Positions 51,773-62,499 are shown, counted from the stretch's first letter. The stretch is DNA of 64,000 bases from Candidatus Dormiibacterota bacterium (GCA_963709585.1 CAVPXI010000018.1:22747-86746); one strand, 5' to 3'. Notes: generated by a model from the sequence alone, not told the origin. Numbers and translations: made by a program.

Positions 51773-52680
51773 CACCACCACTCGAACGGCCGCCCGTCCC
51801 AGTCGTCGAGCACGGGGTAGGTCGGATCCTCAGCCAGCTCAGCGACCCGATGGCTGAGGGCGTCCACCTCGGCCTCGCTGAGCAGCCGCCGCAGCCGCAA
51901 TCGCAACGCGGTCATCCGGGCCGCATCCCCGGCGAGGTCACGCACTCGCTTCGCCAGCCTCGCGGGCAGCGGTGAGCCACCCAGCGAGATGAGCGCGGTG
52001 CGCTGGCGCGGGTAGGGGAGAAAGCTCAGGGCGTTGTCGATTGCCTTCACGCTGGGACCGTCGACGACCAGCAGGTGGGTCCGTTTGCGGTCGGCGTTGT
52101 TGATGAGCACGTCGAGCACGGCGACAGCGCGGAGCTGTGCATCGAGCTGGTCAGCCCGTTCCGCCGTAAGCGGCTCATCGAGGACGTGCACGAAGCGCTG
52201 CACCGACCCTGGGCCCAGCGGACCGTCGCGGAGGACCGTCACCGGGACGCGATGCAGTCCCAGTGCGGAGTCGACGATGTACGCGGCAACCTCGCGGAGG
52301 TACAGGGTCCGGCGGGGGAAGTCCCAGAGCGGCCGCTCGCCGCGAACGGGTTTGTAGACCGCCCGCAGCGGCTCGGCCGGCTTCGCCGGGTCGGGCGCGT
52401 CGAGCTCGAGCAGGAAGACGCCGTTGCTGCCGTACACGACCTCGGCGATCCGTTCGATCGGTGCCTCGGCGAGCGCGCGGGCGATCTCGGCGTCCCGCGT
52501 GGCGGCCCCGTCGGCGGGACCGGGCGCCATCGCCGCCTCGAACCGGGCACGCAGCGACGGCGCGGCCGCGGTCTCGTCATCGTCGCCGGCGGGCAGGGCG
52601 AGCCCTGGGATCGGGTCGAGGTGGGGTCGGCCCGGCCGTTTGAGACGAGCCCTGCGCCGCCGCGCTTCGTCGCTCACCAC
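51772..52680 (-). CDS. SCO1664-family PI3/PI4-kinase-like protein
   Basis: GSNGVF, VYKPVRGERPLWDFP, REVAAY, NNADRK..H, IDN. Confidence 0.88.
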   Translation of the reverse strand: MVSDEARRRRARLKRPGRPHLDPIPGLALPAGDDDETAAAPSLRARFEAAMAPGPADGAATRDAEIARALAEAPIERIAEVVYGSNGVFLLELDAPDPAKPAEPLRAVYKPVRGERPLWDFPRRTLYLREVAAYIVDSALGLHRVPVTVLRDGPLGPGSVQRFVHVLDEPLTAERADQLDAQLRAVAVLDVLINNADRKRTHLLVVDGPSVKAIDNALSFLPYPRQRTALISLGGSPLPARLAKRVRDLAGDAARMTALRLRLRRLLSEAEVDALSHRVAELAEDPTYPVLDDWDGRPFEWW

Positions 52681-52705
52681 TGTCCCGGTGATGCGGAGGG
52701 GGCGG

Positions 52706-53077
52706 TCAGCCGTTCCGCCGGGCGACAAAGATGGTCACGCCCACCGCGAGCCCGACCGGGACGCCGATCAGCAGCGTCAGCGTCGAGACCTCACCGGTCG
52801 CGTTCAGCCCCCAGGCGATGCCGAGCACAAGTGCAATCGCCAGGGCCACGAGGAGGCCGATCAGCCAAGCTCGACGGACCGGCGCGGGCTCGGCGCGGCC
52901 GGCGATCTCGATCCTCGGAGCCGCGGGAGTTGCGTCCTCGTACCAGCGCCGATGCGCGGCAGGGATGGCCTCATTGTCGGGAAGGTCTGCTCGGTCGAGC
53001 GCCGCCCACCACGCCGGGGCGCCGTCGTTTCGTCGCTGGCCGTACGGCCGGGCAGATCGCGAAGACTCGTCGGACAT
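52706..53077 (-). CDS. Hypothetical 2-TM membrane protein
   Basis: C-terminal hydrophobic hairpin. Confidence 0.6.
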   Translation of the reverse strand: MSDESSRSARPYGQRRNDGAPAWWAALDRADLPDNEAIPAAHRRWYEDATPAAPRIEIAGRAEPAPVRRAWLIGLLVALAIALVLGIAWGLNATGEVSTLTLLIGVPVGLAVGVTIFVARRNG

Positions 53078-53200
53078 GGAGCCTCGAAGTACGACGGCTG
53101 ACCACGACGGCCGCTCAACGCTGACGCATGGAATGAAGAGCGGTGAGGAGATGATATCGCCTCGGGTTCTGCGACGCTACCTCGGCGAGTCGAGAGTCGG

Positions 53201-53862
53201 GTGATCGTGCCGGGAGATGCCGTCCGAAGTCGCTCGCTGAGATCGCTGCAGCGCGAGCAGCGCGCATGTACGCGGTGCGCGGATGCGGGCTACATCGCGC
53301 GTGCGCACCCGGTGTTCAGCGGCCGCGCGGGTCAGCGCATCCTGCTCGTCGGGCAGGCACCTGGACCGGTCGAACACGATCAGACCAGGCCGTTCGCGGG
53401 TCGGGCGGCCGGCAGTTGATGCGCTGGTTGATTCGCGCGGGCTTCCGCGACGAGGACGACGTGCGTGATCGCATCTACATGACCGCGATGACCACGTGCT
53501 TTCCAGGCCGCCGCCCCGAAGGAGCAGGCGATCGACGTCCCAGCGCGGCGGAGGTTGCGCTCTGCGCACCGTGGCTCGACGCGGTGATCGAGATGCTTGC
53601 ACCGCAAATTGTCATTCCAATCGGTTCGCTCGCGCTCGAGCGATTTCTCCCCGGACAGCGTCTCGACAACGTGATCGGCGCCGCCTACACCGCGTCGGGG
53701 ATCCCGATCTCCGGAACGCCCGAGGTGCCCCCCATCCTGGTGCCGCTGCCGCATCCGTCGGGCCAGAGCCGGTGGCTCAATGACCCCGCTCGTGTCGCGC
53801 TGCTGGACCGAGCGATCGCGACGCTGCGTGAGATGATCGCCTGGGCGGATCCGGGTGCTTGA
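53201..53862 (+). CDS. Uracil-DNA glycosylase superfamily protein (family-4-like, Fe-S), frameshift ~53405
   Basis: CTRC, LVGQAPG, PF.G, TCFPG, EVALC and LPHPSG motifs. Confidence 0.88.
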
Positions 53863-53940
53863 ACCATCGGATCGACTTTCGCGAGGTATTTCCGATGTTA
53901 TCATCGGCTCTCGCACGTCTTGCTGTGACGGGGAGAAAGG

Positions 53941-54447
53941 TTGCGCCAACGTGGGATGCGGCGTCGTGAGGGCGCACCTCTGATTCGCGACGAGGCCACA
54001 TCGCCCGCTGAGCCTGCCGTCAAGAACGCCGAGGACATCCTCGAGCGCATCTTTGCGCCGACACCCAAGGCGAGTCCGGCGGAACAGGCCGAGCGCGCGC
54101 TGCGCCGCCCAAAACAACTGATCTACTGCGCGCTGAGCAACCGCAACTTCTACTGGCGCCAGCACATCACCAAGTTCGTCCTCGACGAGGGCCAGGTGCC
54201 GATCGTTCCCTTCATGCTCTTCGACTACTACCTCGTGCACACGGTGCCGAAAGACGTCGTGCGCGAAGCGTTCAACAACCTCATCGTGCGCTGCGACCAG
54301 ATGTGGGTGTTCGGCAATCCGTCCCTCGGTGTCAAGGTGCAGATCGGCATCGCCAAGCGTCTCAAGAAACCGATCCGCTACTACGACATCACCGACATGC
54401 CCTACCGAGTCGTCAGCGTCCCGGAAGCGATGCTGCGCGAGGAGTGA
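53941..54447 (+). CDS. Nucleoside 2-deoxyribosyltransferase/DUF4406-like protein
   Basis: LIYCALS...VPIVPF...LIVRCDQMWVFG..SLGVKVQIGIAKRLKKPIRY. Confidence 0.6.
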   Translation: MRQRGMRRREGAPLIRDEATSPAEPAVKNAEDILERIFAPTPKASPAEQAERALRRPKQLIYCALSNRNFYWRQHITKFVLDEGQVPIVPFMLFDYYLVHTVPKDVVREAFNNLIVRCDQMWVFGNPSLGVKVQIGIAKRLKKPIRYYDITDMPYRVVSVPEAMLREE

Positions 54448-54459
54448 GACACTGAGGGC

Positions 54460-55077
54460 ATGACCGTGCTGGTGATCGTGCTGATCGTGGTCGTGCTCAT
54501 CGTCCTGTACCTCGCGTACAGGTTCAACCGGCTGATCCGGCTGCGGACGCGAACCCAGGAGGCGTGGTCGGATATCGACGTCGAGTTGAAGCGCCGGTAT
54601 GACCTCATCCCGAACCTGGTGAACACGGTGCAGGGCTACGCCGCCCACGAGCGGGGCGTGTTCGAGGCGGTCACGGCCGCGCGCACCAATGCGCTGGCCG
54701 CGTCAAAGACCGGAGACCCCTCGGCGATGGCCGGCGCCGAGGACGCGCTCACAGGATCCACGCGCCAGCTGCTGGCGGTTGCGGAGAACTATCCTCAGCT
54801 CAAGGCGTCCGAGTTGTTCCTGAACCTGCAGGAGCAGCTGACCACCACCGAGGACAAGGTGGAGTTCTCGCGGCGGTTCTACAACGGCAACGTCCGCGAT
54901 TTCAACACGGCACTGCAGACGTTTCCCACCAACATCTACGGTCGGATCCTGCACTTCCAGCCGTTCGCGTTCTTTGCGGTGGCCGACTCGGAGCGCGCCG
55001 CGCCGACGGTGTCGTTCCCGCCGACGGCTCCCACGCCTGCGGCACCGTCGCCACCGGCCGCAGCGCCTCCCGTCTGA
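54460..55077 (+). CDS. lemA: LemA family protein
   Basis: AWSDIDVELKRRYDLIPNLV and AVAENYPQLKAS motifs. Confidence 0.95.
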   Translation: MTVLVIVLIVVVLIVLYLAYRFNRLIRLRTRTQEAWSDIDVELKRRYDLIPNLVNTVQGYAAHERGVFEAVTAARTNALAASKTGDPSAMAGAEDALTGSTRQLLAVAENYPQLKASELFLNLQEQLTTTEDKVEFSRRFYNGNVRDFNTALQTFPTNIYGRILHFQPFAFFAVADSERAAPTVSFPPTAPTPAAPSPPAAAPPV

Positions 55078-55088
55078 TCCCGCATCGG

Positions 55089-56510
55089 GTGACCGAACCG
55101 ACTGACGACGGCGAAGACCGCGAGCTTCGGCGCTTGCTCGTCGCGATGGCGAGCCTGATGCTTGCCGGGGCGTTCATGCTCTGCGCCACCCTGCTCCACC
55201 ACCCGGAGGCGGGTGCCGTGGTCGTCGTGATCGCGATCCTGGCGACCGTCGTGCTCGCCAGGCCGACCAGGATCATGCTCGGTCTGGTCGCCGTCTCCCT
55301 GGCGGTGGAGATGGTGATTCCACTCCAGACCGGCGGTGGCCGGATCGGCGATTGGGATCTCCATTACCAGCTCGGTCGCGCGTACGCGGGGCTCTCGTCC
55401 ACGGTCGGTGTCACCGATCTTCGACAGCGCACGCCGATGTTCGATGCCCTCGCCGGGAGCGTGCTGGTGTGGGGGAAATCGTACTGGTCGTTCCAGATCG
55501 TCAGCGTGGTGCTCAACTCGCTCTGGCTCTGGCCCGCGCAGCGCCTGCTCCAGACAGTCGGTGCGAGCCCACGGCGCCTGCTCGTGGTCGGGCTCACACC
55601 GATGATCGTCTTCTACTCGGTGTACACGTGGCCCTGGGGCTTCGTCTCGTTCTTCGTGCTCGGGGCATTCTGCGGGGCGCTCGCACGCGGGCGCGTCGCC
55701 GCCGTGACAATCGGGGTTGCACTCGCCGGGGCGTTGCTCACGCACATCGGATCGATCGGCCTCGTCGCCGGCCTCGGGTTCTGGGTGCTGCTACGACGCC
55801 GCGACTGGAAGCTCATCGTCGTTGCGGGGTGCGTCGGAGTCTCGCTGATCGCACCCTGGGCGGCGTTCACCCACACGCTGTCTCCGAGTGTGTTGTGGCA
55901 GGGATCCATTCCCGCTCAGTACGCCGGCTCGGTGGGCCAGTGGCTGCTCAGCCGGCCGGTGCTCTTTGCCTCGACGTTCTGGGGCATTCCGCCCCCGCGC
56001 CTCGGGACGCCACTGCTCGACGTGGTGATCTCGCTGTTCTTCTTCTCGACGTCGGCGGCGCTGCTTCCGGTGCTGATCGTCGGGCGGCGGTGGCCGCGCC
56101 CGCCTGCGCCCGTCGTGTGGGCGATCGGGGGCGGCGTGATCGCCGGCATGCTGCTGCTCCCCACCAACACGTCGCGCTCGGGGCTGGCAGAGACCGTGTT
56201 CACCGCCGACATCGCGCTCATCATTGCCGGCGTCGCGCGGCTCTCGCGTGAGCAGACGCGAACCCTGGGTCAGGTCACCGCCGGCCTTGCGGCGATTGCG
56301 ATTGCGGCGCTGGTATGGCGCTCGGAGGTCGTCGTGCCGGGCGATCCCAACTTGCGCTACAAGGTGTCCCAGGCGCTCGAGTTCTTCGTCGCGCGCTTCA
56401 CGGTGGCGCCGGGAATCCTGGTGGGGGTCATCGGTATCGTCCTGCTTGTGTGGTCGTGGCGCCGTGGCGCTGCACAGGAGGAGTTGAGCGACGCTGCAGC
56501 AAAGGCTTGA
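55089..56510 (+). CDS. Multi-TM membrane protein, possible GT-C glycosyltransferase
   Basis: More than 10 TMs; loop GDWDLHY...RQRTP. Confidence 0.55.
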   Translation: MTEPTDDGEDRELRRLLVAMASLMLAGAFMLCATLLHHPEAGAVVVVIAILATVVLARPTRIMLGLVAVSLAVEMVIPLQTGGGRIGDWDLHYQLGRAYAGLSSTVGVTDLRQRTPMFDALAGSVLVWGKSYWSFQIVSVVLNSLWLWPAQRLLQTVGASPRRLLVVGLTPMIVFYSVYTWPWGFVSFFVLGAFCGALARGRVAAVTIGVALAGALLTHIGSIGLVAGLGFWVLLRRRDWKLIVVAGCVGVSLIAPWAAFTHTLSPSVLWQGSIPAQYAGSVGQWLLSRPVLFASTFWGIPPPRLGTPLLDVVISLFFFSTSAALLPVLIVGRRWPRPPAPVVWAIGGGVIAGMLLLPTNTSRSGLAETVFTADIALIIAGVARLSREQTRTLGQVTAGLAAIAIAALVWRSEVVVPGDPNLRYKVSQALEFFVARFTVAPGILVGVIGIVLLVWSWRRGAAQEELSDAAAKA

Positions 56511-56519
56511 CCTGCCCGA

Positions 56520-57779
56520 TCACGCGGCTCCTGATGCGCCGACGACGTCCGTGTGGGAGGTCGCCGGCTCCGGCGCCACGCGGGTTCGCGTCCACACATC
56601 GCGCGCCAGTACCACTGCGGCGACAACTGTCGCTGCCGTGGCGAACAACGGCAAGGCGGCGGGCACGGCCGCTGGCTGTGAGGCCGACGTGATGTCGATT
56701 GCGAGAGTTGCGGGGGTCATCGCGACGGCCAGGAGTGCGGCCATGCGACGGTGGCCGCCGAGGAGCAGGATGGCCATCGGCCACATCAGGTACTGGTCGG
56801 AGATCGCGGGCAGCAGACTTAGGATGATCAGCATCGACAGGGCGACGATGTCGACGGCTGCGACCCCGCGGCGCGCGCACTGCACGATGACCCAGAGCAC
56901 CAGCGCCGCAACCACGATCTCCGCCGGCGCGATGAACGGGTCGCCCCATGACGCTGGAAACAGCAGCGACGTCCCCAGTCCCTGGCGGTGCGGCACATAG
57001 GCGATCACTCCGACGATGCCCTGCACGATGTGTTCGGGATGGATGACGGCGTACACGGCGAACGCCGCCAGCGCGGGCAGGAGCGCCCGAGCGATGAACC
57101 CGCCCCACTGGGCGCGACGCACGCCGGTGAGCAGCGTCGGGACGAAGTAGGCCGGCCAGACTTTGACGGCTGCGCCGATGCCCACCAGCCACGCCGCCCG
57201 GCGCGGATGCAGCGTCAGCCACGCCACCGCGAGCAACAGGCACAGTGCTGGGATGCTGTCGAACTGACCGTGCAGCGTCGGCACCGCGATCGCGATCGGG
57301 TTCAGAGCGTAGAGCCACGCGCTGCGCCACCGCCACCGTCCTCGCACCAGGATCGCGAGCACCGGCGCGATCGCGGCATCCACCATCCAGAACGGCGCGC
57401 GCACGATGGCGGCGAAGAGGTGCGGGCTGCCGGTCGGCACGATGGTCGCGGCGAGTGACCACCACCAGTAGATGACCGGAGGGTAGTTGGCGAGGGTGGG
57501 GAGTGCTGCCCCGTACACGTCGCCACCGAGGCGCAGTTGGTTCCCCAGTTTCCGATACGCGAAAAAGATGTCATACGTGCCACCGTCGAAAAGCAGCGAC
57601 ACCGCGGCGCGGAGACAGAGCGCCGCGAGCGTGACCGCCAGAAGGCGCACGGCGACGCGCCGCCCTCCTGCGTCGGCTGGCGCCGGAGCAAACGCTATCG
57701 CGACCCCGGCGAGGCCGGCTCCGACGAGGAGCACCCACGCTACCCAGGTGGCCGTGCCCGCCGATAGACCGATGCTCAT
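56520..57779 (-). CDS. GT87/DUF2029 (GT-C) glycosyltransferase
   Basis: YD..., NYPP, ALNP, HGQFD, AVKVWP and QYLMW motifs. Confidence 0.8.
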   Translation of the reverse strand: MSIGLSAGTATWVAWVLLVGAGLAGVAIAFAPAPADAGGRRVAVRLLAVTLAALCLRAAVSLLFDGGTYDIFFAYRKLGNQLRLGGDVYGAALPTLANYPPVIYWWWSLAATIVPTGSPHLFAAIVRAPFWMVDAAIAPVLAILVRGRWRWRSAWLYALNPIAIAVPTLHGQFDSIPALCLLLAVAWLTLHPRRAAWLVGIGAAVKVWPAYFVPTLLTGVRRAQWGGFIARALLPALAAFAVYAVIHPEHIVQGIVGVIAYVPHRQGLGTSLLFPASWGDPFIAPAEIVVAALVLWVIVQCARRGVAAVDIVALSMLIILSLLPAISDQYLMWPMAILLLGGHRRMAALLAVAMTPATLAIDITSASQPAAVPAALPLFATAATVVAAVVLARDVWTRTRVAPEPATSHTDVVGASGAA

Positions 57780-57867
57780 CGTCGAGGAGTGAGCCTACCG
57801 TGTGCTTCAGGCGTCCACGGCGCGGTGTCGAGTTGGATGAGCCTACAGCCGCGCGCCAGCCCCGACG

Positions 57868-58806
57868 TCAGACAACGGCCGGTGTCTCGAAGTAGTGGCC
57901 CTGGTCGAGATCGGCGATTAGCCCGATGTTAGTGGGCTGCCATCCGAGCATCTCGCGGGTGTGCGCGCTCGAAGCCGGGCTGTCGACCCCGATGAAGTTG
58001 GCCAGCCACGTGAAGTGCGCCACGGCGTCATCCGGCGCAATCGCCCGCACTGGAACCCCCAGGTGCCGCCCGATCACCTCGGCAACCTCGCGGATCGGCA
58101 CGCCCTCGTCCCCGATCGCGTGAAGGGTCGATGCGGCCGGCGCCAACTCCACTGCCAGACGGAAGAGCCTTCCTGCATCGGTGCGGTGCACGGCTGGCCA
58201 GCGGTTGGAGCCGTCGCCCAGGTAACCCGACACGCCCTTGTCGCGCGCGATCTTGACCAGGGTGGCCATGAACCCGTGATCACCGTTGCCATGAACCGTC
58301 GGAGGGAGCCGGAGAACCGACGAGCGAATACCGCGTGACGCGAGCGCCAGCGTCAGGTGCGCGTTGGCCAGCCGAGCGTGAGCCCCGCCGATCAGGGCAG
58401 GAGGAGTGGCATCGGGCTCGCGCCCATCGACTTCGGTTGCAACCCGGCCGGGGGCGAGTCCCAGTGTCCCAGAGGCAATGACCAGGGGACGATCGGAGCC
58501 CTCGAGCGCCTCGCCGAAGGTCTCGATGGCGCGACGGTCCGCCTCGGCAGCGCCCGCGAAGCCTCCCGCGAACGCGATGTCATGTTTGAACGCCAGGTGG
58601 ATGACGCCATCCGTGGCAGCGGCGGCAGCGCGGAGGCTGTCGAGGTCGTCGATGCTGCCGCGAAGCACCTCGGCTCCGGCCGCGGCGAGGGCATCGGCCG
58701 AGGCGTCCGACCGAGCCAGCCCGACGACCTGGTGGCCGGCACCGATGAGCTCGGGGACGACAGCGGAGCCGATCCATCCCGACGCGCCTGTGACGAAAAC
58801 ACGCAT
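57868..58806 (-). CDS. Extended SDR / NAD-dependent epimerase
   Basis: VFVTGASGWIG, VIHLAF.HD, RLPPTVHG and WPAVHR.D motifs. Confidence 0.92.
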   Translation of the reverse strand: MRVFVTGASGWIGSAVVPELIGAGHQVVGLARSDASADALAAAGAEVLRGSIDDLDSLRAAAAATDGVIHLAFKHDIAFAGGFAGAAEADRRAIETFGEALEGSDRPLVIASGTLGLAPGRVATEVDGREPDATPPALIGGAHARLANAHLTLALASRGIRSSVLRLPPTVHGNGDHGFMATLVKIARDKGVSGYLGDGSNRWPAVHRTDAGRLFRLAVELAPAASTLHAIGDEGVPIREVAEVIGRHLGVPVRAIAPDDAVAHFTWLANFIGVDSPASSAHTREMLGWQPTNIGLIADLDQGHYFETPAVV

Positions 58807-58852
58807 GACAGCCTCCGGTTCAGTGCCCGGCCCTCGGCGGCGAGAACCCAGC

Positions 58853-58904
58853 GATGTCAGGTACTGCCATCACTCTAGCACCGGCATGTCAGTCACTGCC
58901 ATCA
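58853..58904. promoter_or_regulatory. Two TetR operators between divergent genes
   Basis: ATGTCAG-GTA-CTGCCAT and ATGTCAG-TCA-CTGCCAT (near-palindromes). Confidence 0.8.
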
Positions 58905-58921
58905 TCGAGTACGATCGAGGC

Positions 58922-59485
58922 ATGGGACGTTGGAAGCCGGACGGCCTGGGCAAACTCGAGGAGGCGGCCCTCGCGCTCTTCGGCGAGCGCGGGTACGAGA
59001 ACACCACCGTGGCGCAGATTGCCGCCCGCGCGGGGCTGACGGAGCGCACGTTCTTCCGCTACTTCGCCGATAAGCGCGAGGTGCTGTTCTGGGGCTCCGG
59101 AACGCTCCAGGAGCTCATGGTCAGCGCGCTGATCAATGCGCCGCCGTCCGCCGCTCCACTGGCGGCCGTCGCCGCCGCCCTTGACGCTGCCGGCACCGCG
59201 CTCCAGGACCGCTTCGAGATCGCCCGAAGGCGCCACAACGTCATCGCCGCGAGCGCCGAGCTGCGCGAGCGCGAGCTGATCAAGCTTGCGTCACTCGCCG
59301 CAGCACTCGCTGAGGCGCTGCGCCGGCGCGGTACGAGCGGACCGACCGCCACGCTGACTGCCGAGGCTGGAATCGCCGTCTTCAGGGTTGCGTTCGAGCG
59401 CTGGGTCACCGAGACCGCGCCGAATGAGCTGCCGTCGCTCATCCGCGAGTCCCTCGAGGAGCTGCGAGGGGTGACCGCGAGATAG
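58922..59485 (+). CDS. TetR family transcriptional regulator
   Basis: AALALFGERGYENTTVAQIAARAGLTERTFFRYFADKREVL; TACGAT 6 nt upstream (leaderless). Confidence 0.95.
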   Translation: MGRWKPDGLGKLEEAALALFGERGYENTTVAQIAARAGLTERTFFRYFADKREVLFWGSGTLQELMVSALINAPPSAAPLAAVAAALDAAGTALQDRFEIARRRHNVIAASAELRERELIKLASLAAALAEALRRRGTSGPTATLTAEAGIAVFRVAFERWVTETAPNELPSLIRESLEELRGVTAR

Positions 59486-59676
59486 CAGATAGGAGCCAAC
59501 AGCGAGACCAGGTTCTGATCGCGATCAGGCTGACGCCTGGGTCGTAGGAAGGAAGCGTCGCGGCATGAGCGCGCGACGCGGGCAGGCTGACCGATGCCGT
59601 CCCGTTCAGACGAGCACCGGGCCGATGAGACCGAAGCGTAAGAAAATCCCCACCAGGCGGGCTCTATAGAGATGAC

Positions 59677-60195
59677 ATGTACCGGGAGGGTGCCGCCGTC
59701 AGCAACTTGAACAGGGTCGAGTCGGATCAGACCTTCGAGCAAGCGGTGCTACCCGAGCGGCGGCGATTGTATGGACTGGCGCTGATCATCACTCGGGACG
59801 CATCGGCCGCCGAGGATGCCGTTCAGGAGACGCTCTTCGCCGCCTGGAGATCCTGGTCAAAGGTTCGCGACCCGCACCACCCGGGCGGCTGGCTGACCCG
59901 GATCTGCGTGCGCCAGTGCCTCCGCCGCCGGCAATTCGATGCCCCGAGCCGTTTTGCTGACGCATCGGTCAACGCACGCGCGCAGGGTGAGGTCGGCTTT
60001 GGAGGAGAGCTGCTCGACTTCGACCGAGCATTCGAACTGCTCACGCCGAGGCAGCGAGCCGTCTTCACGCTCCATGTTCGCCACGGATACACCGTCGCCG
60101 AGGCTGCGGCGCTCATGGGCTGCAGACCGGGGACGGCGCGCAGCCACCTCGGACGTGCGGTCGCGACGCTGAGGAAGGAGATGAGCCATGAATGA
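59677..60195 (+). CDS. ECF RNA polymerase sigma factor
   Basis: AEDAVQETLF..W and LTPRQRAVF....GYTVAEAAALMGCRPGTARSHLGRA. Confidence 0.92.
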   Translation: MYREGAAVSNLNRVESDQTFEQAVLPERRRLYGLALIITRDASAAEDAVQETLFAAWRSWSKVRDPHHPGGWLTRICVRQCLRRRQFDAPSRFADASVNARAQGEVGFGGELLDFDRAFELLTPRQRAVFTLHVRHGYTVAEAAALMGCRPGTARSHLGRAVATLRKEMSHE

Positions 60196-61524
60196 CGACA
60201 TCGCGATCGACCCCACCATGCGCGCGGTCGCTGCTCAGTACTTCGATCGCGTCGAAAATCGGCCAGTGCCGCGGAGCTTGACACTCGCCGAACCATCGTT
60301 TGGCAGTGCTCGGCGCGGCTTCCGCCTGGTTCGCGGTCTCGCAGCTGTCGCTCTGTTCGTTGCGATCAGCGCTGCGTTGACGATCGTCATCCTTGTGACT
60401 CGCAATCTCGCTGCGACGAGCCCCGCGCACCCGCAGGCGCCTCAACTCGCGCCGAGTCTGCCGACGTTCCCGACTTCACCGTGCGGCGTGTGGCCCCGTC
60501 CGACGCCGACAACCGGAATCGCCGAATACCCGGTGCCCGGGCTTGACAACATGGGGCCGGCGGTGACCGGATCGGACGGCAATGTCTGGTTCATCGGCGG
60601 CGCGTCGAACGGCGTGAACGGATCCCGCGAAGTCGTCGGAAGGGTCACGCCGGCGGGGAAGATCACGATCTACTCCATCCCCGGCAATCCTGGGGAGAGC
60701 TTCGACGGAATCGCCGCGGGCCCCGGAGGGGATGTCTGGTTCTCGGTGAGTACCGGCAACATGATCGGCCGGCTGGCGCCCGCGTCGGGCCACATCGATC
60801 TGTTCCCCGTACACGTACCCCCCGTGTCGGCCTCGGCGAAACCCGTCCACACCGAGACCACCGACATGGTCGCCGGCCCTGACGGCAACCTCTGGTTCGA
60901 CGTACGTCAGATCGGGGGTGCTGCGCCTGCGACCGATGGTCAGATCGGGCGCATCGCCCCGACGGGTGTCATCACATTGTTTGCCCTCCCGGGGTCAGGG
61001 CGACCAGAAGGCATCTCGGTTGGCGCCGACGGCAGCCTCTACAGCCGGATCGCCGTCGAGGGCGGAGCGATGCTGTGTGGTGCGATCCCCGGGTACTCAC
61101 CAAGCGCCGAGGTTGTGCGCACAACCGTTGGCGGGAAGATCACCGAGCTCAGCGAGGACAGCCCCAATTCGCCGGATACACGATCGGTCCGGATGGCAAC
61201 CACTGGTGGATGACCTCCCAGGGGACGATGCGTCGCACCACCCCATCGGGTCAGGTCAAGACCTTTCGTGCTTATACGACCCTGGGGTTCTGGGATCCGG
61301 CGCACTTTGTCTTCGGGCCCGACAAGAACATCTGGTATGTCGACGGCGGAGTGATCGATCGCATGACACTCGCGGGGCACGTAAACCTCTACCAGCCTCC
61401 TCCGGGGACGGTGTCGGACACGGGCGTTACCTGGATCACGGACGGTCCAGATGGCCGGCTCTGGTTCACCGACGGGCTTTCGATGGGCAACATCATCGGC
61501 GCCATCAGGCCCCCGTCCGAGTAG
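60188..61524 (+). CDS. Membrane-anchored Vgb-lyase-like beta-propeller protein (putative anti-sigma), frameshift ~61168
   Basis: TM and Pro linker, then repeated GPDGNLWF-type motifs; coupled to the ECF sigma gene. Confidence 0.8.
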
Positions 61525-61529
61525 GTTGG

Positions 61530-62450
61530 CTACGTCTCCCTGACTTGCATCATCGCCTGAAGGGCGGCGATGCGCTCCTCGATCGGCGGATGCGTGTCGA
61601 AGAGGTGATGCGTGAATCCGCTGTGATGCTGCAGCGGATCGTCGATGCACATCGCCGCAGTGGCGTGGGTCATCTTCGCGAACGGCTTGTCGTTCTGCTG
61701 CAGCTTCTGCAGTGCGTGGAGCAGTCCCGCGGGATTGCGGGTGAGCTCGACGCTGCTCGCATCGGCGAGCGATTCGCGCGAGCGAGACAGCGCGAACTGC
61801 ATGAGCGGGCCAACAATCACCGCAACCACTGAGAGCAGGGCCGCAGCGGCTATGAGGATGATGATCAGGTAGCCGCCATCACGATTGTTGCCACCACGGG
61901 TGAAGAAAAGCGAGCGCCACAGTAGACTGGCGAGCAGCCCGATCAATGCGACCGACGTCGCCACAATCAGCACGAGGCGGACGTCGTAGTTTCGAATGTG
62001 GCTCATCTCGTGGGCGAGCACACCCTCAAGCTCCTCGCGATTCATGATCGCGAGCAGGCCGGTGGTGCAGGTGATCGCCGCCTTTTGCGGGCTCGTGCCC
62101 GTGGCGAAGGCATTCGGCGACGGGTCGTCGATGATGTAGATCTTCGGCATCGGCAGGCCGGCGCCGATTGTCAGCGTTGACACGATGTCGTAGAGCATCG
62201 GCGCCTGCTGCTGGGTGACCGGTTGCGCACCCGAGACGGCGAGCACCGTCGCCTGGCCGAGCGTGAGTGACCACAGCACCACGAGGAGGGCCACGATCGC
62301 CGCGATGATGATGCCCGAGATACCGCCGCTGACGCCCGACGCGATATAGCCGATCACGTAGCCGATCGCCGCCCAGATGATGAAGAACGCCGTGACCACG
62401 ACGACGCTCTTGCGCTTGTTGCGGGCAATCTGGTGATACATCGCCTTCAC
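61530..62450 (-). CDS. htpX: M48 zinc metalloprotease HtpX
   Basis: PNAFATG, AHEMSHIRNYD, SRSRESLAD and THPPIEERI motifs. Confidence 0.95.
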   Translation of the reverse strand: MKAMYHQIARNKRKSVVVVTAFFIIWAAIGYVIGYIASGVSGGISGIIIAAIVALLVVLWSLTLGQATVLAVSGAQPVTQQQAPMLYDIVSTLTIGAGLPMPKIYIIDDPSPNAFATGTSPQKAAITCTTGLLAIMNREELEGVLAHEMSHIRNYDVRLVLIVATSVALIGLLASLLWRSLFFTRGGNNRDGGYLIIILIAAAALLSVVAVIVGPLMQFALSRSRESLADASSVELTRNPAGLLHALQKLQQNDKPFAKMTHATAAMCIDDPLQHHSGFTHHLFDTHPPIEERIAALQAMMQVRET

Positions 62451-62499
62451 TATGCCACGGCAGAAGCCGGGGCAAACTGATGTTCAGGCGAGAGTCACA

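Noticed and set aside
48993-53200. Intact integrative element at tRNA-Arg
   Set aside because: No integrase and no duplicated tRNA 3' end found
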